Source: Octopus sinensis
Lineage: Eukaryota
DNA length: 64,000 nt
NCBI RefSeq assembly: GCF_006345805.1
Contig: NW_021829832.1
Coordinates: 1-64,000 of the forward strand
Direction: 5' to 3'
The translations under genes and the position numbers were made by a program. The notes under the pieces are model-generated. The model worked only from the letters and a program-made list of their open reading frames with translations, was not told the DNA's origin and ran no database searches. Below, piece after piece: positions 35,950 through 49,491 of the stretch. Numbering within the stretch: the stretch's first letter is position 1; each line of letters starts with the position of its first letter.

Positions 35950-37070
35950 TTGCTGGACTGCTATGGAAGTATATTTTGATCAGAGTTAAAAAGGCTACTC
36001 AGATGGTACTTGGAAATCGTCCGAGGAGATTTATGAGAACTTTTGACAAAGAAATAAACAAATTTGCAAAAAAATAAAAAAACTCAGCATCCTATTTAAA
36101 TCGTTAAACTCGACCGACACAGGTTCTCTTAAAAGAAAAGTCCTAAAAGATAGAAAGATTGAATTCTGCAGATTATTCAGGCAAAGAAAACTAACTTGGC
36201 CACAATCGCAGAATATTTCAAGCGCAAATACAGAATCCAAGAAACTGAGTACCTTGATTTGAACATGCTGTGGGAAGTGTAGAAGAACCGCTTGATTGAG
36301 CAAATAAGGAAAAAACCATTGCATGCAAATCTCTTTGAGTGTTTAAATGATCCCGACGCTGATATTGGTGAAACCTCTCATTAGTTAGACAGTTGGTCAC
36401 TTAGCGACGAGGTGTAGTCGAATGCTAAATAGTGACTACTCAAAAAACAAAACGAAGTAGTGAAGTGTATACATCTGCATTTATGCACGATGTATGGAAT
36501 CAAGAAACCCAGGAGGTTGAAAACTCATTCTGTTCAGTCAGTGATTGCGAATAACTCTGTGGAGATTCGTATTGACACACAATAAGTACGGATCTGAGTG
36601 TCGAGAATAACAAGCCGGATATCTTTGACAAAATGAGGAACACAATCACGCTTATTGAGATTAGAATCACCTCCCAAAAAAACATAAAGCAAGTTGAGGT
36701 GGAAAAAGTCCATAAGTACGATTTGCTTGCCAGTGAACTGGGAGAATCCACAACGCAAAGGTAACTATAGTACCACTAGTACTAACGTGGGACAGTGCTG
36801 TGAGTAAATTATACCTCGAAGGACCTACAAGAGCTTACATCTAGTCATCGGGAAAACATTGGAGAGCATGCGTACAGATTATATGTTTGGAATGTACCCT
36901 CCCGAAGATTGTCAAATGACCCGGTTTGCAAAGGCAACGATGGAGGAAGATTCCCCAAGTGAGACCATAGAATCGGAACAACCAAAAAGTAGCCTGTCAT
37001 GTAAAATGGATAAGTGTGCCCGTTGAAGACATTGGCACGGGCTCGAAGAGAAGGAGAATCGACTGAAAGC
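35950..37070 (+). mobile_element. Degenerate R4/Dong-like 3' fragment, copy 3
   Basis: LATIAEYFKRKY, NEVVKCIHLHLC, NNKPDIF, VEKVHKYDLLASEL, ending SKRRRID*; many stops and frameshifts. Confidence 0.85.
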
Positions 37071-37479
37071 AGACACACTAATTAAAAACTAATTTTATCT
37101 AGACTTTTCAATTTCGTTTAAATATTGTTAATTTATTTCGACAAATCAAGGTGCTTAAAAAGCCTGATTTACTAAGGACGGCTTGCCAATTTTGGTTCCA
37201 TATAAATTTATTAATCTGAGAGTAACATTTAAAAGTAAAGCTAATTTAGAATCCATTAAACTTGAACTGAGTGATTACAGTGAAATGACTTTAAGGAGAC
37301 TTGTGTTAGCAAACAATAAAGAGGATTGCATTTGCCTCGCTTTGAGGTGGGCTGAGTAACGTGGTCCATTGAGTGAGCGAATCCTAGGATGAACAAGACC
37401 TATGTAATTTGGTCTAGGTGCCACCCGGATTAATAAAAAAGTTAATCTTGAGCACTATGACAAATAATAAGTTTGTTAA

Positions 37480-38606
37480 TTTAACAAAGTACTGTTTGTT
37501 GATTTTATTCTATGCAGCATATTAATTTGTAAAATCAAAAGTAAATCCAAAATTACAAAAAACAATGAATGTAAAATAAGTCACAATAATGATTTAGTTT
37601 CTATTTGTTTAAGTCTTAATAATTGATCTGAACTAATATCGTAAAATTGTATATTAATTTTCTTTTGAGTATTCTATACATTATGTTAACTCATACAGTA
37701 GTGTTATTGTCTATAAATACGTGAACATGTCTAATAATGGCTCCAAAGTCAAATTGAAGAGTCGACAATGTATGAAGTATTTGAATATAGATTACTAAAT
37801 TATTGCTAGTCTTGCACTAAAGATAAAAAATCACGACTCACTGACGGGGAACATGTCTTTGTGGTGACAACTCTTGAACTTGCATCAGGACTTTCAAGTA
37901 CAGTCCAATGCTCAAAACAAGATGGAGTTATATTCGGGCAACTACTGGTTTGCTTTATGATAGAATACTTATAAGTTATGTTTTGCCCGAATCTTACGAT
38001 GTTGTTGATGTTGCAGCATAATTCCGTTTTGTTATTAACTTGGTTTCTACGCAAGCTATAGATGCAGATAATATAAACATGATTGATATATTTTCATTCA
38101 AAAAGTATGAATTTGAGTGTTTTGGGTAAACCTATGAAATATTACAAACTATTTTACATTTAAAAGCTTGGGAGAGAACTCCGAATATTTTTTTAATGAA
38201 TTATATGCCTCAAGAATAGCAATATTATTGCTCGTTGGGGAACAAGAGGCAGTTGAAACGTCTACAATTGGCTTTTCTGTGTTACATTTTGTGATAATAA
38301 ATACGTGTTGCTTTGCAATATACACCTTTATTCTGATGCACAAAACCTTCATAAAACGATATGAAAGAATTGTCAAAGCAATATAATGAACTTGTTCTAG
38401 GAGTGTTAATATTAATTTTACATGTTAAGTAAACATTTCCCCATATTTTCGTATTGGTTAATCAAATCGGATGAGCAATCTCTGTCACAGCAACACTGAT
38501 GATCACAGTAATTTAATGTCCAATCGCAGAAGCACGACCTATAGCCTGAAATACAATTAAATTTACAACTTTCAAAAAATATAATTAAAATGAAGAGCTG
38601 TTTCAT
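37480..38606 (-). CDS. TCTN: Tectonic-family ciliary transition-zone protein
   Basis: Signal peptide followed by CFCDWTLNYCDHQCCCDRDC. The 3' boundary is approximate. Confidence 0.7.
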
Positions 38607-38899
38607 AAACGTTACTTGGCAACTTTATATATTTAACTGAATTGAATACAACTGAATGCATAAAACAAATTATTTTTATAATTATTTGAATTTAAATTTG
38701 TAGAAATCTTGAAAGTTTTAGAGTCAAATAAGTAATAATCTGTCTAGAAATAGTAAGTTTGATAAACTAGATCGCAGTAAAAAAGATGAATGCCCATATT
38801 ATTAACACGGATGAGAGTTAGCAAGGCAGAGTAAAATTAACACAACAGCAAAGACCAATGCCCCTGTCCCGGATTAGGAGCTTCCCCCTTTAAACGTGT

Positions 38900-39350
38900 T
38901 CAAAATCAATAAGCGTGTTTAAAATCATTGTCAACGAGCGGGACATGGAAGTTAAAAAGTCGAAAGGAATTTTTCAGACTGACAGCAGGAGACCGAAGAA
39001 AAAAGTAGATGTGCGTTAAACAAAAATTGTTCAAGAGAAAGGAAGCAACATGCGACTCTAATTTGGATAGGCGCATAGGGTAAACATAGAAGTAGAAATA
39101 AATCCAGGCAGTGAATATAGATACATTTGAGGAGATGATCACGCCGAATGCTGCTAAAAGCATTACGAACATCCAGTTTAAAAATTAAAAGGATTCCTAC
39201 TGGATACCTTAGGACCTTTTGTTGAACTCCTTGTGCACCTGCTTTACAGACATCTTTGACATCAACACCGAGTGGTGTGGTATTGATTCGGGGATGACCT
39301 TCAAAAAGCGATCTTTGATACCAACGTCTGAAGACGTTCTCCACTGGAAG
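38900..39350 (-). mobile_element. Degenerate CRE-like RT fragment
   Basis: ENVFRR..LGVDVKDVCKAG..KLDVRNAFSSIRRDHLL. Confidence 0.7.
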
Positions 39351-39795
39351 GAAATTTGTTTAGGCAATTAAATTAGCCCCGAAAGGCGGGATCCCGAAAA
39401 ATCAAGGAAATGTCTCCATTGAGTATCCGTAAATAGAGATTTTGATTCTGCTAGCTTCAATTCAAGGTAAATCCAAGATTTTAGATTTCAAGAATATTTA
39501 TATTAAAATGAACCAAAAGTTTCTGACTTTTATGAATATTTAATAGAAATGTGAAAAAATTCGAATTATTCAATGAAATATTCATTAATTTGAATACTTA
39601 AATTTGCATATTTGTCAAATTTTCCTTTTCTGCAGAGTTTTGGTTTATTATTTGGAGAAAATAGTAGATTGTGTGAAGAATCGAAATCGATAATCTAACG
39701 TTTGAAGCAACATCAGTGCACTCTAATTAGATATCGACACATTATTTTTGCGTTGATGACGGCCTATAATTATTAATAATTGTAACAACGAGTCA

Positions 39796-41107
<1,312 letters not shown>

Positions 41108-41327
41108 TAATTTACCACTAATATAAACCGATATCATTATTTCAGTCAATTTATAAACCAAGATGTAACTACCTCAAAGAATTAGACCTGTCTCGGTTGA
41201 GTGCACCACAAAAGTAGTCGTCAAACTAGACTAGCCGTTGTTTGACTGTCAGTTGGAACTAGAAGAAGACTGCCCTCATAATAAAGGTTGAACAAGTTAC
41301 TAGAAAAGGATGCCAGTAATATGCCTC

Positions 41328-42270
41328 TTAGCAGAACTGGAGTTGAATAAAAATGTGTGAACCTTCCAGCGAGCACCACAAGCATTGCAAAGACAGAAGG
41401 TGGTCATTGGCTCGTCTGCACTCCGTGTCTGCAGCTGGTTGTACAACACGTCGCTTTGTTTGCACTTGCCGCACTTAATTTGGGTGGTGTGTGTCCCCGT
41501 GGTCACCGCCAACTGAGATTTGTTGATGGAGTCCTTCGTCAATTGGACTACCAGGGATTTCAACTCGTCGTTGGCCATTTCCTGCGGATTAGAGGGGGAC
41601 CAACCTCGGTGGTCATGCTGGCGAACTTGGCGGGGGAAATGACCATCGACACGACATTCCTCCGCAGTTCGGGGTTGTTGGGGTCCTTCAAATTCATGAC
41701 ACGACTCCGAATTCGTGTTTTGTAGGCCGAATCAGTGCGCGACTTGTGGTTGACAAAGATTTGTGAATGAGTGAGTTAAGGAGACTACAGGAGAAGGTGG
41801 GAATATAAAAAAGGATATCCTCCTCGATCATTGCCGCAATGTCCTCCCAATGGGGTTCCCGCACAGTCCCCCCACTCAGGGCATCCAGCAGCATTGACCT
41901 ACACTTAATCCGAGTTGGGTCGTCGGTGGGGGACAGTCGGTCGGGCTGCATCTCCTTTGCTGGTTCGCAGTTTAAATGCTTCTTCCATTTCTGAATCAAT
42001 GACTTTGAGAGCGACGAAATCTCCCCATTTTCCGACTTTTTCCGGATCTTATTCACAGTCAGGCCAATTTTAGTTTTCTGTGAGTAGTCAATTAGGGGCA
42101 TACGGCCAAAATGTCGAGGGTGAGTGCCAGTCCTTCCAATTGCCTCAGCAGAATGATTATGCCTCCGTCGTCCTGCTATTATTACTCCACCAAACCATCA
42201 CGCCATCCTCCATTAATGCATCCAGCTCCTTCTTGACACTGAGGACGCTCGTCAACAAACCGGGCGACAT
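41328..42270 (-). CDS. TCEA1: Transcription elongation factor TFIIS
   Basis: [55 protein letters not shown]|FC*. Confidence 0.93.
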
Positions 42271-42516
42271 GTCTAGCAATTAGGCACCATTCTATAAATC
42301 TCAATTATATTGTAAGTGCGCCCACATCAATACACCCACTGGGATAAAAGTTGTTTCTTGTTTTGACTTAAATTTAGAAAAAAATAATTAAATGCGCTAT
42401 TTTTTAATAAAAGGCTTTAAAATCTTACAGAAAATAGATTTGGGTGCTCGATATTTTTGAGAGCACTAATCCCGATAGTATATTAATTGTGCAGTCTTCA
42501 TTCCAAGAGTGGAGAA

Positions 42517-43650
42517 TCAGCCGTGCTGCGGATAGCTAAACAGTTTCTTCAGTGTGATCCTCTTGAGCAACCACACAGTTTCCCTCCCAGGTGTTTTAAT
42601 CATCCTTTCAAGGGCCCCAATGACACTACTCGTCTCGAAGTGGGACGAATTCAAAAACGACGTGTACTCGGATTCCTGAATGTGCCGAATATACCACATG
42701 GAAAAATTACTTTCTGAAAAAAATCGAGTTTACTGGATTGTGAATTGTTTGGAGAAATGCCCAGATTTGTTGTACCCTGAATATACAGAGAGTTAAGCAA
42801 TTCTTGCACAAACTGTCCTAACCTACAACAGAAGACATTCCAGATCAACGACTTGCCATGTATCCTTTAAGTAGTCAAGTGATTCTAACAATTTTTTGAA
42901 AGAAACAGGAAGGAGTTCACTTCTTCAGGAAGGGTTTTAATACTGCATATTCTCGCCACATTTCAAAGCAAGTTCCCTGTCCACCTGTGTCTTAATGTTT
43001 ATTATCTGCTTGAAATGAATTCCTTTCACACATAACAACATGATAGAATACTGGTTCAGAGAGAGTACACAAGGAAACTGGATGAATAACTGACAATAGT
43101 CCAAACAAGAGAGATCTGAGGAGACTAAAGGAGTGGCACCTCCTCGGACAAATAATCTATCGAAAATGATGTTATTAGGAAATGGTCTAATAAAACGCAG
43201 TACTTCTTTGTGACGAATTTCTCGGCTTGATGACGATGACTACATTGTACATTTGTTTTCCCAGAAACTGACAATGAACTGGCGTTTATTTTATATTTTC
43301 CTGCAGGAACAAAATATCTCATTAAGGGAGGTGAGGCATAAAGAGAACAGTTTGTGGTATTTCGGACGATTGACGCTGGCGATATAATTGGATTAAAGTT
43401 CGAGCATAACGCACAACACAATTAATGTATCTTTACTATGCTTGGCTGTTCGGACCCGTCCTCGCCCTAGCTGTGCTGTGCGGAGGATGTTTTTTACTTC
43501 GGTCAGTCTAACCACTTGCATGTTCTAGTAAAAAGTATCCCCTCCACTCAGACACAGTGAAACATCGCACCAATAAAATCAAAATAAGAAACAGCCATTC
43601 CACCTGCAAACACTCCGCAATTGGGAGGAGTAATTTCAGGAAAATAACTC
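42517..43650 (-). CDS. Unidentified spliced gene, weak resemblance to C9orf72/DENN-like proteins
   Basis: Fragments MAVSYFDFI, KDTLIVLCVML and RLFVRG align only loosely by eye. Confidence 0.25.
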
Positions 43651-44106
43651 CAGTCAATTGGGAGGTCTGATCAGATCATTATAATAATGATTCACAATTT
43701 AAACTAAAAGTGCAAATAATAAACAATATTTGTATTTATTAAAAAATATTAAGACAGCCTTCCAAGTTAGTAATGCCTATGCTTATTTAATAAGTACTAA
43801 CAATGGAAATTAGTTGTCTAGATTTGTCTGTAGAGTCCGGTGAGTAAAGTCATGCGGGAATATGATTGTCTTATAGATAAAAAACAGACAAAATAAATGG
43901 AAAATAGAATGAATCAAAAAAGTTCAAAAATGGGGGAAAAAGGTAGGATTCATCTTGGATAAAAAAGCCGGGTCACTGACAGACCGATAGAGGGTGATAA
44001 CATTTGCTTGTTCTTGTTCATCATTGGCTTGTAACACTACACCACTCAGCATAAGAACGAAACCTTCTAATTTGCGGACTACTTGTTTATAAAACTTGGC
44101 CAAAAT
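43420..44106. repeat. Direct duplication, copy 1 (TRRAP FATC end, spacer, start of next gene)
   Basis: Matches 45101-45753; the first ~230 bp are nearly identical. Confidence 0.95.
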
Positions 44107-45110
44107 ATTAACGACAGCCTGATTACTCGTCCTGAGCTCGTCCTAAGCAATGGTGAGGATACACAAACTCTTATTCGGGCAGACATACAGACCTTGATTA
44201 CTCCCGAGACAAGTTCGCATTCCATCGTGAAAGAACGGACAAGCGACAACATCGACACAAACATTGGTCCAACCAAAAATCTATCCCCAGAAGAGCACAC
44301 AAGTTGGGAGTCAGGCGGTAGGCACATGGCGGATCTGTCAGTTCGACTACTCTTATTATAACCTTTAATATCCGAGGATTTGAATTGCCAGTCAATCATG
44401 TGAAATTTCCCATATTTGGAGTTGAGGAACATTTTGTCGAGTGTCATTGGCTCCATCACGAATATGTGACTCACAAAGTAGATGGCCGTCAAATTGCCAA
44501 CAAACTAGCACACTGAGAGTGCACAATTCACCATTCTCCGGAAATTGAGATATTCTGACGGCTGTCGTACAAGACGAGCAGAAACCTCCTCAACCACCCC
44601 GACTTGTGTGTAGTGGAGACGTCGTTGAACCAGCGGAGGAGTACCTGTGGACTAATCTCCTCCTTGTTCTCAATCGCACTCGTCATATACTCGTAGTATT
44701 TGGCCACAGGAGTAAAGTAGTCGACTTGATTGCGGACACAGCACTGGAGAATTATGAGCCAGTGCCAACCATCTTGTATATGTCCTCGAACGAGAACAAG
44801 TCCTCGGTGATCTGCTGAATGTATACTTCCGTGGAGTAGGCGACAGTGCCCAACACAGGACATCGCATGTGACGTAAATTGGTCTCCTACAAATGACCAC
44901 CCACATTCACCTGATATTTCCTGCAGATCGAGTCCACAAACGTAAACAAAATCTTGATAGCTCTTTTCTGTCTCATCGACTTGTATGTGTGTCCGCCGAG
45001 AATATAATAGTAGTAATTCTAAGTCAATCACATCCCCAAACCTTTCCATCGTCGCCCATCACCGTCACTTTCTTTGCAATCTGTCCACGGAATGCGACAA
45101 AATTAATGTA
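43924..45110 (-). pseudogene. TRRAP: TRRAP/Tra1 C-terminal fragment (PIKK pseudokinase plus FATC)
   Basis: KKVTVMGDDGK|NYYYY..SFEDIYK..PVAKYY..SPQVLLRW..YLNFRRM|F..AYRLTPNL..LSKMNPTFFPHF*. One apparent 1-nt frameshift at about 44560. The upstream ~3400 aa are absent here. Confidence 0.75.
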
Positions 45111-45753
45111 CCTTAACTGTTCGGACCCGTCCTCGCCCTAGCTGTGCTGTGCGGAGGATGTTTTTTTACTTCGGTCAGTCTAACCAATTGCATGTTCTAG
45201 TAAAAAGTATCCCCTCCACTCAGACACAGTGAAACATCGCACCAATAAAATCAAAATAAGAAACAGCCATTCCACCTGCAAACACTCCGCAATTGGGAGG
45301 AGTAATTTCAGGAAAATAACTCCAGTCAATTGGGAGGTCTGATCAGATAATTATAATAATGATTCACAGTTTAAACTAAAAGTGCAAATAATAAACAATA
45401 TTTGTATTTATTAAAAAAACATTAGACAGTCTTTCAAGTTAGTAATTAATGCCTATGCTTATTTAATAAGTTTTAACAATGGAAATTAGTTGTCTAGATT
45501 TGTTTGTAGAGTCGGAAAAGCAACCTGATAAAGAAAGATGTGCAGGATTTGGTCTTTTGAGTAAAGTCGCGCTGGAATATGATTGTGTTTTATAAATAAA
45601 AATAAACAAAAAAGCCGTGTCACTGACAGACCGGTAGAAAGTGGTAGCATTTGCTTGTTTTTGTGCATCATTGGCTTTAACACTACATCACTCAGCATAA
45701 AAACGAAACCTTCTAATTCGCGGACTACTTGTTTATAGAACTTGGCCAAAATA
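45101..45753. repeat. Direct duplication, copy 2 (frameshifted FATC remnant)
   Basis: LAKFYKQVVRELEGF followed by a 1-nt deletion relative to copy 1. Confidence 0.95.
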
Positions 45754-45841
45754 ACCAAAATATCAAAAATTGCAGCATTAAAATAAAACTAAGATGACTA
45801 TATTAGTCAAAAGATAAATAGAGGACTATTTATTCGGAAAG

Positions 45842-48800
45842 TCACGGTACAGCAATGGATATATAATGGTTGGATGGGGAAATAGAGAACCCGTCAAAAT
45901 GGTTGTCACAGGTAACCGAGAGGCAATCAAGACAAAAGGAACCAGGACGCAGAAACATGAAATGGAACTCACACTGAGCGGAAGAATGAGGCTCGACTAT
46001 AACCCGGACTGTGGCATTCCCAAAACAAAAGTATTGCCTGTGGAATAGGACACGCAATGCATACCTCATACGTCCACGATCTACAGATACGACGACGGTG
46101 GCCGTCCTGTGGGAACTATTATGAAGAAGACAGCCGACGGGCACAATGCACGACCTGCCAGTAGTCAGTCATCTCAACTTGGACACGTTAAAATCGTGAT
46201 TGACAATAGGGGGACACATGACCTCAACTTTGAGGGGAGGAACACCATTAGTGGAGGGGGGGATTAGGTAATTCTGGCCAGCAATGTCAATCCCGTCTTT
46301 GGAGGCCTACAAATAGTAGTGGGCGAATACTTTCCATTGAATAGTGAGCAATTCCACTCGAGTACTCCACGGGACACTCCCCATTTTGTGGATTTCCCTG
46401 CTTGCATATTTGGAAAACAATTCCTCCCAACTCTCGGATGTATGACTTGCAATCAATGCTTTCGACCATTCCAACTTGGGAGAGTTGATTAGGTTGAAAT
46501 AGAGGACCATCGACAAGGACTGTCCCCTGGATACACTCCGAAGAGGACACACAACACGATCCAGTTCCAAACAGTGTGAATAACACATAACCGAAGATGG
46601 TGTGTACACAAACTAGTATGCAGCCAACCAGAATACTAAAGAGAGGGGGACATCCACTTGGACGACAACAGCACATTGGGGGGGAGTCGACATATGACAG
46701 ACAAGTTTGGAATACACACTGGACAGGAGATGGAGGTTGACGACAATACACGAAGTGCGGATTCTATGTATAACACAAGGACATACAATTTGGGTGTGCT
46801 CGTCTGGTATGCGAACAGAACACACATTTTATCCATTTGAGGATGGCCCAAGTGCAATGTCGTCGTGAAAGACTCGTTTTGTGCGAGTGATTGGCCAATT
46901 TCGACGTGATCTTGAGAGGTGTGTCCATCAGGTTGGCAAATGTGGGGATGCAGTGAGAACACTTTGAGTGGAGAGATCAGCCGGTCTCCCCCAATGTTGG
47001 TGAGGTGGCACGTGAAACACCCAATTTCCCCCACGTGGAGTGTCAAATCAGCCACATCGACATCAACCTGCCTCGATATGAAATAGTACTCGGAGGAGAG
47101 GCATTGGGTCAATCACATGGAGGAATAGAGAACACACAGGCAGACAGACGGGGACCCACTCGGTGGATCGTCCAAATGAAGCAGTCCCCCTCACTTGGCA
47201 GGAAATGGACTGGAGTGAGTACTCCCCGACGACGAGTGGACATACACTCAGTCTAAAGTGCACCCAGTCGGATGTCACTGCCTCGAGTCGAATCGAGTCC
47301 ACTCCCTCCATCACCTGTCGAGACGTGGGAGAGGGGAAGGAAAAGGTGGTCGTCCCACCCCCACTCTCCAATACCCAGTCCAACCTCACACTACAATATT
47401 CGTAGGACACACCAATGCTGTTGTGTAGTTTACCCAATATAAAGACAGTCTCTAAGACTCAGCACAAACACAGACCTCCCAGTCCTATGCTGACCCCCTT
47501 CTCGCACCGTGATCCAATCCCCGAATCACACAAAGTCACACCGCCACCTCCAACGTAGTGTTGGTAGACACTCTCTTTTAAGTCTGTCAACACGTCTACC
47601 GTGGCTGGAGAGAAGGACGCCCTGTAAGCTGGAATAGGACATTAAGCAAACTATCGAAGGAATGGAGATATGCGACCACCTCGAGTTGGATGGAGAGGAG
47701 ACTCGTCAATGGTTTATCCTCCATGGACACAATCATCTTTGTCAGTTCCCGCAAGTACTCGAATTGACAGTCCGTGTTTTCCCCCCCAAACTCGATCAGG
47801 CGAGCGTAGAGACGGGCTCGCGTGGCCTCACAGTTTCCCAGACGGACATAATTAGCAGTGACTGCCTTCTACCGATGAGCCAGAATACACACCCCAATGG
47901 ACTTCCAGGTGGAGGGAGTAATATAGTACAGTTCGGACAAAATGTGTCTCGCCAGGGGTTCCTAGACGTAGAGCACACAGTCGAACGGAAAAGTGGATTT
48001 GTTTGAAGCCGAAAGCAGCACTCATCATGTGGAACAAGTATTTGGCAGTCCGACGTGGAAAGGATTGTCGCCAGAGAAGGGCCACCTGTCGGGAGAGGAG
48101 GGCAGTAATGAAGAAATTGTCACTCTGGAATATAACGGGGACAGTACCATTTCTATGAGCAACTGCATTTCCCTGGAGAACACGACGAGGTCATCGGGGG
48201 AGGCGCAGAGCAGCCGGTACACCATCGCACGGAATGCTCGCCGGAAGTCCCTGAATAGAGGGGTGGGCACACTTGCAGGTGTTCATGTAGCAGGAACAGG
48301 CGAGCACGGAGGACTCGATGGAATAGGGCAGTTCGGGGGCAAGGAATGAAGACAGTCCGTGCATCTCCTGCACGTGGGCGTACTGCGCCCAACAGCGCTG
48401 TTCGTGGAAGTCTTTGCGGAGAAAGGCGTAGGCCTCGTTGGCCAATGAATACATTTGGAAGGAGAAGGCCAAGTCCGCCCATTTTTTGAGGCGCATCTCC
48501 TCGGACTGAGGGGGGAAACTGGGAGTGAGGCAGTTGGTGCTACATTGCCCGAGTAATCCCCGACTCAGTCAGGACTGATCCAAAAACAGTTTTGGACGGG
48601 GAAAAAAATCGTTTGGCAGCAGTGATGATTGATTTCTGGAATCCCCTCCGCCCTGCTAGCACGGAAGAGAGTGCAGCGAACTCCTTTTCCAGCCAAGGGA
48701 GGATCTGTGAGTGGGCAAAGCGAGAGAACAGGTCCCCAAACAGAGAACAGTCCTGGAGTATAATCAGGCCGATTACCGAGGCACCGATTAAATGGACGTC

Positions 48801-49378
48801 TCCAAAAACATATGAAACAGCGTGGAGGAGAGTGGGGGAGTGAGTGGAGTGTGGTGGGATGAGTATAATGTAGGTCGAGGGAATTCCCGGACTGATCAAA
48901 TTCCCCGACTCGTACACATCCTTAGTCATTTCCTTGAGTTTGTCGATGGTTTGTGTGTTGGAGTGAAGGGAGGTGGTGACGAATATCACTTTCAATGGTC
49001 AACTCCCCAAACCTCCCACAAACCTCCCGAAGAACTCAAAGTCCAATTTGTCAGTTGTGTCGAACAATGCATTGGCGCACTCAATGAACATGTCAGGACA
49101 GTCACTCGACATGCAACTCGACACGATCGAAGGAACCACGTCCATGAATTGTCCTGGTCCACTATTCCCCAATTCGTCAAAATGAAAGCACATGTTTGGG
49201 ATTGAGACATCCCGAATGGACACTACACATCAATGTGGCGGACACTTGTGAAATGATGGTTAACTTGTTGGTCAAACAGGAGGCTTGGGGTGGTCATCAA
49301 CAGAGGATGCACATCTTGAGAACATTTTATGCAGATATGAGGGCGATGTTTTCTCTTAATGAAATCAGCATTCACCAT
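45842..49378 (-). CDS. TRAPPC8: TRAPP III subunit TRAPPC8/Trs85
   Basis: MVNADFIKRKHRPHIC..; MRLKKWADLAFSFQMYSLANEAY..RKDF; the length fits; many micro-introns. Confidence 0.78.
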
Positions 49379-49491
49379 TAGACTAATAATATTTAATGCA
49401 ATTTAAATATTTTTAATAATATAAATTGAGACCCCTACAGAATTGAATGAACAATTTGCTACCACACGTCTAAATAGAGTAGATGGACAAA

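Noticed and set aside
43447-45753. LTR pair or ncRNA gene (starts TGTT, hairpin followed by a T run)
   Set aside because: The repeat contains the TRRAP FATC exon and flanks TRRAP coding sequence. There is no PBS, PPT, gag or pol, and no snRNA motif was recognised.
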